DNA of 64,000 nucleotides from Schizochytrium sp. TIO01 (GCA_004764695.1 SMSO01000014.1:305648-369647), one strand, 5' to 3'. Positions 42,203-54,477 are shown, counted from the first letter of the stretch. Notes: generated by a model not told the origin, from the sequence alone. Program-made: numbers and translations.

Positions 42203-45200
42203 TCACCGACGTGCCATGAGTAAGCGATTCTCCTGTTCGAGTTTTGCAACCCTCTCCTCGGCCTCGTTCATTTCTTGACGCAAAGTGCGGTTTTCGAGAA
42301 TCAAACCTTCAAGTCGACGAGCAAGCTTGATCTTTACGCTGCTCGCTTGTTCAGACAGCGTCTCCATGGACTTAAGCTTCTCCATAAGATCGCGGTTGGA
42401 ATTACGGAATTTCGCGGTTTCATTTTGGTAAGAGTTAGCGCGGTTCTCAGCATCCATCATCCTCTCAGTGAACTCCCGAAGCTGGTCGATGAGCATTGTC
42501 TTTTCCTCTTCGAGATCAGAGATCTCTCGCTGCATAATTTCGACTCGAGCATCCGGCGGCGTGGTGTCAGCTTCATCATTGTGGCTAGCTGCATCCGCAG
42601 CTGCGAAGCTTTCATCCAAAACATGACTGGTCATCTCGTTGGACTCTGCAAGTTGCTTTTGCAATGTAATGAGCTGATGGTTCAACCGTTGAATTTCCTC
42701 TTCTTGAAACGTAGTCAATGAGTCTTGGTCGCCGCTGGCACGGGCCGCGGCGGCAGCAGTAGCTGCAGCGACTCCAGCTGCAGCACTTTCACGAGCATCT
42801 ACAAGATCACTCTCAAGCTGAGAAACCTGTTCCCTAAGACGGCGAATCTCCGCAGCTTGCTCTGCGCCCAAGTCGCCTTCTTGCTCGTTTGCCTTGCCTC
42901 CACGGCTGGCATCCGAGTGCAAAAGTGACTCCTCGCCCTCTTTATCCTCGTACATTTCGATATCACTTTGGCTCTTCTGAACTAACGCAACGGGAGCCGC
43001 TGCCGGTGAAGACGCTTGGCGAGCAAATTGAGCTCGCAAGGCCTCGATTTCCTTAGCCTGGGCATCACAGCGTGCCTGCAAGGCAGCCATGTCAGCAGAC
43101 TCTACAGCATTGGTCTCTGCAGGGCTTGTTGGTGCAGGGTTAGCGGCGGTAGAAGCAGAGGCAGCAGCAGCAACAGTAGCAGCAGCAGCGGTGGCTGCAG
43201 CAGCCTCAGCTTTGGCAGACTCAACCTCGGCCTTGGCGGACTCAATCTCGGCCTTTGCAGACTCAACCTCGGCTTTGAATGTTTCTGCTTCAGCCTTGGC
43301 GGCTTCAGCCTCGGCCGTGGCCCTCTCTGCAGCTGTTTTGAGACGAGAAATCTCTGCCTCAAGCTCCTCGATGTGAGATTTGGCCTGAGCAAGGTCCACA
43401 GCAAGGTCGGCATCAGCCTCACTCACAGCACTTGCTTTCTTAAGTGCTTCATGAGCCTGTTTCTCTTCCTCCAATTCACTCTCAAGAGCCTTGACACGGG
43501 CATGGAGCTCTGAAATCTTACCTTGAAGGTTGCCAACCTGGCGTGCTTCTTCACGAAGACGCTTGAGCATAATTCGCGCCAAAGCACGACGCACCAGTTT
43601 TTGCATGAGAATAATCTTGGTACGTTTTTGCATGAAAGCACGACGAGCAGGCAAGCCACGGTACCATGCTTGCATACGCAAAATACTGATGTCTCGCTTG
43701 AGCTCCTTGGCAAGCATGCGAGATTTGTAGCTACGGTAGGCGCACTGGATAGTGACCAGAGCACGCACAGTTTGAAGACGCTTCCTGATGGCGAGAAAGC
43801 GACGTACGTTGCACTGAATTTTGGTGGCCGCCCTCGTGTTGCGAACAAATCGAGCCTCAGAACGGCCCATCATACCACGTGACACTGCTTGAAGCTTGCG
43901 TACTGCACGGATGACAGTCCGGTAATGCTTGAGATCTTTCGTAGCGCGAGCAACTGACTGGATTCGAGTTGCGGCTACCTTCATTGCAGTTAGCCGGGCA
44001 TCCTCGATACGCTCGTATGCTCCTTTACGTAAGAAGATCTTTGTGCGACCAATCTGGAACTCTGATTCTGGTTCGAGATCAAGGGCTTTGACAATCTTCA
44101 AGGTTGCTGGCTTGCCATCCTGGTCATTGCGAGCCTTGTTAATGTTGATTTTCTCACCAGCAAGCATGAAGTACCGTGACACAAAATTTGCCAGAACCAT
44201 CCGCACAGGGTAGCCTGCACGGGCGACCTTGACTGCCTCCAAAACACCACCATAACGAAGCTGGTCCACAAGTCGCTGGCGCACCAGAACATTAGCAGCG
44301 GCACGATCGTTAGGCTTGAGACAGCGAACGTAATGAGGGGAGGTGCTACGAATGGTCTTAAGCAGGTCTGCAAGCTGCTCTTTGAATTGAGAACCAAGGG
44401 TCTTAGACTGAATTGAACGACCAGACTGACCCTTTTTAGCAGCGGCAGCATCATTACCCTCGTTCTTGGGGAAAAGGAGCGAAAGGAATTTATCCTGAGA
44501 AGTTTGCATAAGCTCCAGAGACTCCTGGTAAAGCTGATCCTTGTTCTTTGCCACAAAGCCAGCAGTGTCGTAAGTGACATTTCCAGCATAGTGCTCAACA
44601 GTAAACTTGAAGTTTACCTTATCCTTGTTAGACGCAGAGAACCGCGGCACACCCTCAAGAAGCTCGTAAAACTTGGACGCAAGACTTTTATCGTTACCTT
44701 TGGGGAAGAGGCATTGCTCATCAAGTAGTGAGATGATACCGATGGGCTTTGCTTCAATAAGGTCCAGACATTTCTGGTTATCCGGGAAATCAATGAACGA
44801 CCACTTGATTTTCTCCTTTTCGTACTCTTTCTGCTCAAGCTTGAAGACGAACTGGTTAAATTGTTGTTGGAGAGTTTCGTTGGCATAGTTGATGCAAAGC
44901 TGCTCAAATGAGTTATACTCAAAGACCTCGAATCCAAAGATATCCAAAACACCAATGCAGTTCGTCTTGATTTTGGAGCTGACCTGGATGCTCTCGTTTA
45001 CACGCTTAACTACGCGATCAAACATGCGGGAGTAAATGGTCTTGAGGAGGGCATCGCGAGCGTCGGCAGCCTCATCTACGCTGAGGCGTTTAGAGATCCA
45101 ATCCACACCAACCTTGATACGACGGGTTGTTAAAGCCTTGATAAGCGCCTCCTCTTCTACCTTAATGAGTTCAGTACAACCCTTGAGCGCCTTATTGCTT

Positions 45201-46408
45201 GCTTCATTGTCTCGGTCCATAACAGCCGCTTCATCCTCATCACCAGCACTGCCAGCAGCATCAGGGACGAACGCGAGGTTACCAAGGTTCATCACAGCTG
45301 CTACTGTCCGCATGAGCTCAATTTTTTCTTCCTCGGGGAAGCCCATCGTCTCCATAGCTTTCCACATGCGTTCGAACTGGGAATCATCGTCGACGCCATC
45401 CTTGCGATCATAGCATTCGCTCTGGTTTGTAATTCCTGACTCCTCAAGGTCAGGCACATGCCACTCCTCAAGCTGCTCAGGCGTCGCGCCACGGCAAAGC
45501 TGGTAAAAGACATGAAAGTTACGCTCGCCCAAGCCCTGCTTAGCAAGACGCACCTTCTCGAGAAGGTAAGTTACGATCCGTGCACCGACAAGATGGCCCT
45601 TTGCGTTAAACTGCATTTCGATAAATTTACCAAAACGGGAACTGTTATCGTTGCGATTTGTACGTGCATTACCAAAAGCTTCCAGGATAGGGTTGGACTG
45701 CAGCACCATGTCTGCGATTTTCTGGCCATCCTGAGCTGCATCGTCACGAGCTACAGTGGCAAGGTACTGCATAATAAACTTGGTGCTCTCCGTTTTACCA
45801 GCACCGGACTCACCACTGACGAGAATACTTTGGTTCTTAGAACTTGAGTCCATTGTGTCTACGAGGTTACGGTAGGCTGCGTCACCTGTGGCGTATACAT
45901 GGGGCGGCATTTGCGGTGCCTCCAGACCCTGCGAGCGGAGAAGACCTGTGCTGTAGTACATTTCAAGCAATTCCGGAGTGTAAAGTTTAATTTGCTTGAA
46001 AGGGTTGACTGCAAGGAGAATGGGACCTGTGTTGGTGTAAATGTGGTCACGCTTGAAGCGTTCATAGAGACTTTGAAGGATAGAGGGCTCATGAAGATGT
46101 GTAAGCCATGTCAGATCCGCAACGTCTGCAAGGGTGCGGTTATCCTCAAACTGATTACACAAAAACAAGTCAGCATGTTCAGAGAGCTCCATACTATCTC
46201 CCACGATCTCTACAGTCTCCTCAGCGTCCATGGGGTCGCCAGCATCGCTCATGTCATCCTCACTATCCACATCTTCCTCAATGGGTTCCTTTTGCACCGT
46301 GAATTTCCACTTGCCATCTGGCATTTGTTCACGTTTTTCCACGACACCACGCACCCATGCTCTTCGAGGATCTCTCACCCAAACGCGAGCTCCGGTTGCC
46401 TCCGACAT
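42203..46408 (-). CDS. Myosin heavy chain (motor domain, several IQ motifs, coiled-coil tail)
   Basis: SH3-like N-terminus (VWVRDPRRAWVRG). P-loop GESGAGKTES, LEAFGNARTNRNDNSSRFGKF, DIFGFE, NSFEQLCINYANE and PHYVRCLKPN. About 5-6 IQ-like motifs (e.g. IQSVAR, IQCNVRRFLA, MQAWYRG). First ATG at 46408. Confidence 0.97.
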   Translation of the reverse strand: MSEATGARVWVRDPRRAWVRGVVEKREQMPDGKWKFTVQKEPIEEDVDSEDDMSDAGDPMDAEETVEIVGDSMELSEHADLFLCNQFEDNRTLADVADLTWLTHLHEPSILQSLYERFKRDHIYTNTGPILLAVNPFKQIKLYTPELLEMYYSTGLLRSQGLEAPQMPPHVYATGDAAYRNLVDTMDSSSKNQSILVSGESGAGKTESTKFIMQYLATVARDDAAQDGQKIADMVLQSNPILEAFGNARTNRNDNSSRFGKFIEMQFNAKGHLVGARIVTYLLEKVRLAKQGLGERNFHVFYQLCRGATPEQLEEWHVPDLEESGITNQSECYDRKDGVDDDSQFERMWKAMETMGFPEEEKIELMRTVAAVMNLGNLAFVPDAAGSAGDEDEAAVMDRDNEASNKALKGCTELIKVEEEALIKALTTRRIKVGVDWISKRLSVDEAADARDALLKTIYSRMFDRVVKRVNESIQVSSKIKTNCIGVLDIFGFEVFEYNSFEQLCINYANETLQQQFNQFVFKLEQKEYEKEKIKWSFIDFPDNQKCLDLIEAKPIGIISLLDEQCLFPKGNDKSLASKFYELLEGVPRFSASNKDKVNFKFTVEHYAGNVTYDTAGFVAKNKDQLYQESLELMQTSQDKFLSLLFPKNEGNDAAAAKKGQSGRSIQSKTLGSQFKEQLADLLKTIRSTSPHYVRCLKPNDRAAANVLVRQRLVDQLRYGGVLEAVKVARAGYPVRMVLANFVSRYFMLAGEKININKARNDQDGKPATLKIVKALDLEPESEFQIGRTKIFLRKGAYERIEDARLTAMKVAATRIQSVARATKDLKHYRTVIRAVRKLQAVSRGMMGRSEARFVRNTRAATKIQCNVRRFLAIRKRLQTVRALVTIQCAYRSYKSRMLAKELKRDISILRMQAWYRGLPARRAFMQKRTKIILMQKLVRRALARIMLKRLREEARQVGNLQGKISELHARVKALESELEEEKQAHEALKKASAVSEADADLAVDLAQAKSHIEELEAEISRLKTAAERATAEAEAAKAEAETFKAEVESAKAEIESAKAEVESAKAEAAAATAAAATVAAAASASTAANPAPTSPAETNAVESADMAALQARCDAQAKEIEALRAQFARQASSPAAAPVALVQKSQSDIEMYEDKEGEESLLHSDASRGGKANEQEGDLGAEQAAEIRRLREQVSQLESDLVDARESAAAGVAAATAAAAARASGDQDSLTTFQEEEIQRLNHQLITLQKQLAESNEMTSHVLDESFAAADAASHNDEADTTPPDARVEIMQREISDLEEEKTMLIDQLREFTERMMDAENRANSYQNETAKFRNSNRDLMEKLKSMETLSEQASSVKIKLARRLEGLILENRTLRQEMNEAEERVAKLEQENRLLMARR
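43203..43315 (-). repeat. 21-bp coding tandem repeat encoding AEVESAK-type heptads in the myosin tail
   Basis: AEAEAAK-AEAETFK-AEVESAK-AEIESAK-AEVESAK. Confidence 0.85.
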
Positions 46409-47292
46409 ATTGCTCAATGACTTATCAACCCGTCAGAGTCTTTGCGCGAGAACGTCAAACAACTTAGCGATCGATCGATCGATCAATCAATCAATCAACC
46501 TATTCAACGAATGCTACTTTTTCTACTCTACTAAACTGCAGTCGTTAGTCAATCTACTAGCTACCTGCTGTCACCTCAGCCGAGCAGTATCAACCTGCAG
46601 CGAGTCCTGCACTGCGTCTGCGAGCTCTGGAACAGCGATTCTGTCAGCTTCGAGGTTTCCTCTGACTTCCCAGAGTCTGTTATATTGTCCCCGCGGGGTC
46701 TTGTGCGTTAAAAACCGCGGCGGCAAGGCAGCAACAGCAAGGCCACGAACGCAACGAGTTGCGTCGAAGCCAAAAAGAGAGAAAGAAAATACAGCAAAAT
46801 CAGAGAGAGAGAGAGAAAGGCGCTGTTTTTTCTTTCTGAGAATGACTGTAATGGAGCCTGCCTGTCTCTACCGCCACCTGGCAGGACGACGAGACAGCGC
46901 TGCTGTCGCCGGGACCTTCCTGTGGCACACCACAGGAGAACCTCTTGCAGCCTTAATGGCGTCTCCTCGTGACCCTCGCGCGGCCTCGAGCTTTGCGCCG
47001 CGCGGAGTCTACCCGCGCTGTGATTTGAATTTGATTCCCGATTTCCCTCTTTTCCTTTCTCTCTTTCCTTCCTATAATCATCCCCTACAAATGAACTATC
47101 TCTCTTACTCTGCGTATACTACCATAGTGATAGCGCCAATATCACTGACTAGCGCCGCCTTAGCCCTACCTACCGTAAACTAACCCCATTATATCTCGCA
47201 CAGACTTTCTTTCTATTCTCCTTTCCTTCTCTTCCCTAACATACTTTAGCGTGAAAGAAAGTTTTACTTTCTTGTTTCCTGCTTTTACAGTT

Positions 47293-47343
47293 GAAGAAAA
47301 AGAAAAAGAAAAAGAAAAAGAAAAAGAAAAGAAAAAGAAAAGA
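47293..47343. repeat. (GAAAAA)n repeat
   Basis: Tandem GAAAAA units. Confidence 0.85.
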
Positions 47344-50300
47344 ACTCAGATGGTGCTGCCTGCCATAGCCCCAGTTACCGTTTTGGGTAGAAGTAGACGC
47401 CTTCAAAACAAAACCAAAATCAAAACCCCACGAAAATAGACATTTAGAACAACTTGAAAAGAAACGCTGTAGTAGGACCTCTCTTATACAGCACAGGAGA
47501 GGATTAAAAAGATCTAAACGTTTCTTTTGCCGCACAAACATTCTCGCCTCTCGCTCCAAAGCTGCCAGAGACCGCTGTAATCCTCTGTTTCCCAGGGAAG
47601 ACAAAGCAGGCGTCATCTTTCCGGCACCCTTTGCCACCTCCCCTCGCTCTCTTGGGTCACCTCCCGCGATGGTTTGGGATACAAACCTGCACAAACCACG
47701 CTTTTCTTGCCGCTGTTGTGCATTCTGGTACACATGCTCCCCACGAAACCCCCGCACCAGACCAGGTGTACGCTGTGCCTTCTCTAAGCGTTTCCGTGCC
47801 TATCCTACCAGACGTGTGCATTCTGCCTCTATTTGCAATTCTTGCTGCCCTTTTCCCAATTCGCTCCTTCTCCATCGAGTCATTCTCTGCGCCAAAGCCT
47901 CCTCTTTCGCAGCCAAATGCTTCTTCGCGTATGCCAATCCACGCTCAGATCTCCTGTGCCCTGTAAACTCATCCCGATCCTTCTATCATTGCTTGCTCGC
48001 TTATGCCAATCTCTCTCTCTCTCTCTAAAAACAAACAAACAAACAAACTAACTAACTAACTAACGAGAGGAACGAAGTCCTTCTTAGGAGTTCCTATACT
48101 TTCACTAGGCCTCCGCGCAGTCGATATCTCTCGTGCTTTCTTGGCTGTCTCTCAGTCTCTCGATTCTCTGTGGCAGGCGCTCTGCCTCTGCAAACCTCGC
48201 TTGGACGTGGCCAGGGCCGGGCGGGGCCTGCTCCTGGGCTTCCCACCAAGCGGCGCCGGCCTGTCACTCCTCCATTGCCGTTGTCTACAACATCTCCGGG
48301 TGGAGCCAGCCACCTCTCGGAGTCGGTTTCTTTCCCATTTTGTTCACACAACGAATTGCTTCTTTAAAGAATTATTGTTTTACAATTTAATTTAAAACCA
48401 TCGCTTTTTAACTGGAAAATAAAAGTAAAACTAAAATTTATTTCATTTTTCAAGCACCAGGTGTCTAGGGCTTTCTAGTAGTTTTCTCGTCTTCTTTACG
48501 AATAGTTCTAAACTTTTTTTCTTTTTTCTTTTTTTTAAAATTAAATTGAAGTAGAGGATAAATATCATGATATAAAAATCTTGACCAGGAAAGAACGGGG
48601 ACCAAAGGATTTCAAAGAGATGGGTTTACTAGACATAGGTAGCGTGTTCTATTTGCGTTCTTCTCTTCAGGAGACAGCGAGAGATTCGTTTGAGCAAGCT
48701 TTCGTTTCATGGACCGCGCTCTGACGAGCGAGACCTCTCTGAAGAAAGAAGAAAGGGCAGGTACGGATGCGTAACTGTGCCAAGGCTGGCCAGCTGAATG
48801 CAAAGGCGTTATTTACAGCTTCAGAGGGAGCGAGGCTGCCATAGATGAGAGGTAGACTAGGCGTTCTCTAGCTTCGGGCATGGATAACTTACGATGTGAG
48901 ATCTGACGGGACCGTGAAGGGTTCCCATTGCCAACGGGCTGGCTCGACAACAACGATAACTGATGCGAGTGGAATGTTTCGAATGACCCTGAGGAACTTG
49001 CTTTTCTTGCCGTGCACTAGACTGGATCTCGACAACAGAAGTGACAGCGTTCTGCCAGTTAACCATAGACTCCACTACTTCTATTCAATAAAATTAGGTC
49101 CATCCAAGTTTCTGGGATCGTGATACGGTCGTGTGAAAGAACTTAATGCATCTATTGTAATACAAACTCTTCTTTTGCACGATGCCTGGTTAAAATGGAA
49201 AAGTCCAGCAACACGAGCGCCCAGCCGTATGTTGCAGTTTTCCATGTAATGATGGCCATGTACCGTATTTCCAGACAGTGCTTACACACTTCAAATAAGA
49301 ATAGTATCATTCGTATATCATGAGCTCCGAAACCCTATATGAATTTTGTTATGTTCGCACCTTGTTGCGATGATGTGATGAGCCATCTTCAAAATAACAG
49401 CTACAAGTCAGAGCGCATTGTGTTTTCTATTCGCTTCTCTTATATCTCCAAAGACTCTCGGAAGCCCGAGTTCGCAATCCAATGTAACAGATACAGTACC
49501 ATTGCTTTTTGTCATTGTCAAGTTCTCGTCGCGAGTCGTTTTTGTCCTACCTAATGCTGAGACGTTGAGACGGCGTAATGCCAGCTCATTCCCAGCCATC
49601 ACTTAGATCCCTACATATAATATAGGTCCATGTGCATTTTTCATTTTTATTTTCTCCCAACAAACATCAAACGTGTGTGTAAACCCAGCTCTTCCTACAT
49701 CTTTAGCACCGTCATCGCTTCTGATCTTGTAGCATTCATTCATTGGAGTGTCCTTCCTCTCACTCCAAACCCTTTGTTGCATCCTCTCTGCGTCGACGAT
49801 GTTCTTGAGCCTATCTTGGCTCCTGAATCATATGCTCTGTGGACCTAGTTTTCATCATAGAGACCCTCTTCAAAAGTTTACATCATTGAGATCCTCATTG
49901 ATACCATCGTGGCTCATCCTGCTGCTCCATAATAGCTAAACTGTTTTTAATTACCGCCCCCGGCTCTCTTCCGCTTACTCTCTACATAGGTGAGGCCCAC
50001 TTTTGCATAGATCATTATCGCTACCAAACACCACCAAGTTCCATCGAACAGGTTGGCGTCCTACTACCTTTTAGCTTATGAGTCCTCACTTACTTTTCAC
50101 ATCGAAGTTTCAAATCCTCAAAACATTATTCATTTTAAACTCCTATATATGTTGCCTATAGTATTCTACAGCTTTCTGTTGCAAAGATTTTAAATAATGT
50201 TTTTTTAAGTTGTTTTCTTTAAATTAAAGGTGTAATTTTTTTTTCAATACCTCCTCTGCTTTACTCGTCATCGTAGTTATTGTAGGTCGTACCTAGTACT

Positions 50301-51033
50301 ATTTATTATGTATTATATGGAAGTTTTAATTTTATTCTTTTCGAATAAAAGAAGAGAAGAAAGAGTTTTATGCTTTGGACATTATTAGCATCACATATAA
50401 TCAATCATATTAGGTAAAGGAAATCGCCTTCCTTTTTCCCTCGCTTTGTCAATCGGCGATCGATCAATCGCTCGTACTCGTCCTCGCCGCAGCGTCTTCA
50501 ACCGCCGCTCCGGAGAGGCGCTATCCGCCTTGCGAACGCCGCTTCCGGAGCGAGCCTCGCGGTTCCAGGCGCCCCCAGGAGTACTGTGAACCCGCTCTTC
50601 AAGGGCAGCCGTTCTTGCTTTTTGCTTTGTTTGAAACAGACGGCATCCACCTCCCCAACGCAACAAGTCTCTTTCATTGTCCAGTCCTTCGCGCACGCTT
50701 GCTTAGCTGCTGTTGACTGGCCTGTCTTGTTAGATCTCACTGCGTTGCCCCTGGATTTCTCAAACGAGTTTGCCTAGATCTCATCTTGAGAAAGACTCTG
50801 TATTAAGTCGTCAACGTTCATCAAGACAAAAACCGAAAACGTGTCTAGGCACGTGGAATTCTGACTTGGTGCATTTCTTGTGGCATAGTTTTTTCGTTTT
50901 AAAGCTAGGCAATAACTTCAGGGCTTGCAAAAAACTCCTTACATAATTTTCTTTGCTTTGTGGACACCTTGGCTACGCATCTGGCAGTCTTTATCTGTAG
51001 ACAAGCTGTCAATTAGGATTCTGTGGTGCGATC

Positions 51034-52959
51034 ATGGGGCTGCAAACATTTGTGAATGAAAGTCATGTCTACTTTCGGCCTCCTTTACTACTCGCGCTGG
51101 TCTGGTTTCTGTACGGTGTAACAGTGTTTGTCTTCAAGAAGACCAATTTGGATTATGCCAAGGCTCTTGGGTTCAACCATGAGACCACTCTGAGTCCAGC
51201 AAATATCTGCACTTCTGCACTAATTATTATGGCGATCTTTCTCGTCTGCTGGCTCATGTATACGCTCAGGTGGCCGTTCTCAGACCCGCTGGTAATTCCT
51301 GGTGTAATGTATATTATCTCGCTCTGCGCACTCTTCGTGCCACTCGATATTCTTAACCGTCGTGGCCGCGAGAGGTTACTCCAGACTCTCTTCCGTGTAT
51401 TCATGCCATTACCGTCTGGCGTACTCTTTGCAGAGGTTGTGCTCGGTGATATTATGACTTCGCTTAGCAAAGCACTTGCTGACATGCAGGTGTCAGTTTG
51501 TGTCCTACTTAGTCACTCTTTCACCGAAGAGACCATGCTGACGGGTGGGCCGTTTGATGCAGAGATCTCAGCTGCTGCGCCTTCTCACAGTTACCTGCGT
51601 ACTAGCTCAACAATGCTGCAAAGCTACGAGCAGTCTTGCTCTGACTCATGGTTGCGTCCTGTAATCACCAGTTTACCATTCTTATTACGCTTTCGCCAGT
51701 GTATTGTAGCATACCACGCTACTGGCCAAGCTTTTCCCCATTTGGTTAACGCGGCCAAATACGCCAGTGCATTCCCTGTAATTTGGATCTCTACCTTTGC
51801 CCATCAGTTCCCAAGCATCAACAGTGAAGCTTTGCGGCGAGTGTGGCTCTTTGCAATCTCTTTCAACTCCTTCTTTTCTTTCATGTGGGACATTGTTATG
51901 GATTGGGGCTTGTCTAGCAACGAGGCACGCTACTTCCTCCTGCGCGAGCGTCTTCTCTTTATGAATAATGATCGTAATAGTGGTTATGCCCGTTTGCGTA
52001 ACGAAGATTATCATGATTATGATGACGACGAAGATGATGGTGATAGCTTCTTCGCGTCTGAGCAACATGATCCCGATGCTGAGCTTGGTCTGCCCCGTTT
52101 AAAGAAGCTCAAAGGATCTGATACGGATCTCTTACGTGAACCTAACGATGTCAGCTCACCAGAAGAACACGTCGTGGTATCTGGCCGCTCTTTCCAAGGG
52201 CTGCAAAAGGACCCCACACCTTCTCCTGCAGGCGTGGCGCCTACGTCTCCGAAAAAAACGGATGATCCTCGTTCCGTCACTGCCCCTGTCGAGGCCACCA
52301 TCGGCAGCGGACTTCCTGCAGCGCAAGGCGTGCTCAGTAGTGGAGATGCCGTCTGGACGAGCTTGCTACGTTTCGGCAACTCTTTGTTGTTCACAGAAGA
52401 ACCAGCACGATCGTCTTCTCTGGCAGAGGGGGGGCATAAAAGCCATTCTGCCCCATTGTTGCCTTCGACTCCGGTTTTCTATTATGGAGCCATTTTGTTT
52501 GATTTCTTGCTTCGTGTTCTGTGGTCTTTCAAGCTTTCTGTACATTTGCAGTTAACCCAGGAAGGCCTAACGTTTGTCCTCGAGCTTTGCGAAGTAGTGC
52601 GCCGTTTCGTGTGGTTTGTCTTCCGCATTGAGTGGGAGATTGTTCAGATCGAGGACCGTGAACGCCTCATGGATTCAATCGATTCTGATGCTGAGACTGA
52701 CTTACCAGAAGAATCGAAACCTGCAATACACCACCCTGTGGCGATTCCACCGGGAATAACAAGTGCCCACGGCGGGAACCTTGGTAGTGGGATTGGAGGT
52801 CAGTTGGGAGGGAGCGGTTCCGGGAGTCCTCCCCACGGTTCTAGCGCGACGTCCCCGGAGGAATTATGGTTAACTTCCCCGGTGAATGTTAGGGGTAAGC
52901 AAGCACGTCTCCGAACGTCTTCAGATCGTCTTTATGAACTCAAACGAACTACTTCATAA
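51034..52959 (+). CDS. EXS-family membrane protein without an SPX domain (ERD1-like)
   Basis: VLFAEVVLGDIMTSLSKALAD, LPFLLRFRQC, HLVNAAKYASAFP, NSFFSFMWDIVMDWGL, YYGAILFDFLLRVLWSFKLS and ELCEVVRRFVWFVFRIEWE. Confidence 0.92.
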   Translation: MGLQTFVNESHVYFRPPLLLALVWFLYGVTVFVFKKTNLDYAKALGFNHETTLSPANICTSALIIMAIFLVCWLMYTLRWPFSDPLVIPGVMYIISLCALFVPLDILNRRGRERLLQTLFRVFMPLPSGVLFAEVVLGDIMTSLSKALADMQVSVCVLLSHSFTEETMLTGGPFDAEISAAAPSHSYLRTSSTMLQSYEQSCSDSWLRPVITSLPFLLRFRQCIVAYHATGQAFPHLVNAAKYASAFPVIWISTFAHQFPSINSEALRRVWLFAISFNSFFSFMWDIVMDWGLSSNEARYFLLRERLLFMNNDRNSGYARLRNEDYHDYDDDEDDGDSFFASEQHDPDAELGLPRLKKLKGSDTDLLREPNDVSSPEEHVVVSGRSFQGLQKDPTPSPAGVAPTSPKKTDDPRSVTAPVEATIGSGLPAAQGVLSSGDAVWTSLLRFGNSLLFTEEPARSSSLAEGGHKSHSAPLLPSTPVFYYGAILFDFLLRVLWSFKLSVHLQLTQEGLTFVLELCEVVRRFVWFVFRIEWEIVQIEDRERLMDSIDSDAETDLPEESKPAIHHPVAIPPGITSAHGGNLGSGIGGQLGGSGSGSPPHGSSATSPEELWLTSPVNVRGKQARLRTSSDRLYELKRTTS

Positions 52960-53781
52960 AAGCACACATCAAAGTAAACTACATTCTTGCGTCGAACTTT
53001 ACATCGACGAATTAAACTCTGTCAAGCAAGGAGCTATTGCTTGCTGGGTAATCAGGGCTGATAGTATCCTTAACTTTGGAAAGGCTGCTCTTCTCTTGCG
53101 CTTGTGCTGCGAGCAAAGTGTTTGTCTTTTTTAGATTCTTTAGTGCCCTACCTTTGCTAATTCGCTGTGACATTTTTCATTTTGACCTTTTATCTTTCAA
53201 AATGTGTTTAAATTATTCTTGATCAGAAAAATGTTGGCCTTCGTTTCTTTCATTCTAAAGTATGTAAGCTTCCACGTAGCCATTGCAAAAGTTGTGACAG
53301 ATGTTTTACAGGTTATCCCTATTTTAGAAAAGCAAACATGAACAGTTCGAGTTTGTAATGTAAACGATCAGAACTTTCAGGCGTCAAAAAAGCAAAAACT
53401 GAGAACGATTCATGGCGATCTGTCTCAAAATAAAATAAAAACAAGTAAACAGCAGCGGTAGATAGTGAATATAACTAATGGAAACTTTCTTTTTAAAAAT
53501 ACAAAGGAGAGCTAAAGAAGTATTATATACAACCAACCAACATGGCTAGACCAAACAATATTACAAAACTTGTTGAAGACCAAAAATGAAAGGAAAAGGA
53601 ACCTGCTCACAAGAGAACTGGTAAGATATTTTGTTCTTGTGCTGTGAGAAAGAAGATTAGTACGTCTTCTCAATAAAAATTATAAAGACATTCCGCCCAC
53701 CTAAAACAGAGACCCAATCTATAGTCTTAACGACAAGACTTAAAACACTACAATCGAAAATTTAATCCTGTGCATATGGAA

Positions 53782-54477
53782 CTATGCTGCAGTACCAACG
53801 TTACGCTGAAGTCTGGTGAGAAAGCGGTTAACAACACTTTTTCGGCGACTTGTCTTGTTTACTTGCTGAGGTTGTGCTGGTTGAGTAGCCTGGGTTTTGA
53901 CCAAATCTTTGCTAGATGATGTTTTACAGACATTGAGGGCTGCCTTTTGAAGCTGTTGAGTCTCGCCAAGCATCCGAACAAAATAAGGACGCTGCCATAA
54001 AAAGGCAGCAAGGTCTGATCGTCGATGCATCGGTCCCTGCAAAAGCAAAGACTGTTTGGGCTGCATGGTGGCAACAGCAGCTGCGGCTTCTGCAGCTTGT
54101 TGGTCTCTTGATTCGCAGGACCTTGACCGCGGGGTCATTGTAGGTGGTTTAGATCGTAAGCTGTGTGGGCTCTCCAAGGTATGCCGTCGCCTTCGGTCCT
54201 TGCGCATCATCAAAACATCATCTTGTGCCATTGAAGATGAGGTAACTTTAGTACGATCTGGCGCGGTATATACAGCAGGAGTTGTCCTATTAGTGATGGC
54301 TGATTTACGTCTATAGTTCTTTGTCGACGATCTTTCTCCGGCATATGAACGCAGTTGCTGATGCTGCCGTGATCTCCGGCGCATCGTCAAATCACGGTTC
54401 TCGAGGCAGTCCTCTTCGCCAGAGGTGGCTGCGACCTCCACGCCTTGCACGGTTAGCCAATTATCCCAACTGTCCAT
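53782..54477 (-). CDS. Hypothetical basic low-complexity protein
   Basis: 231-aa ATG-started ORF with RRxS motifs. LLLQGPMHRRSDLAAFLWQRPYFV resembles only the first strands of a PH domain. Flanked by an AT-rich 3' region. Confidence 0.55.
   Translation of the reverse strand: MDSWDNWLTVQGVEVAATSGEEDCLENRDLTMRRRSRQHQQLRSYAGERSSTKNYRRKSAITNRTTPAVYTAPDRTKVTSSSMAQDDVLMMRKDRRRRHTLESPHSLRSKPPTMTPRSRSCESRDQQAAEAAAAVATMQPKQSLLLQGPMHRRSDLAAFLWQRPYFVRMLGETQQLQKAALNVCKTSSSKDLVKTQATQPAQPQQVNKTSRRKSVVNRFLTRLQRNVGTAA

Noticed and set aside
42275-47183. Multiple long plus-strand ORFs over and upstream of the myosin gene, including 46230..47183
   Set aside because: Antisense ORFs expected from strong codon bias; the upstream part runs through microsatellites.
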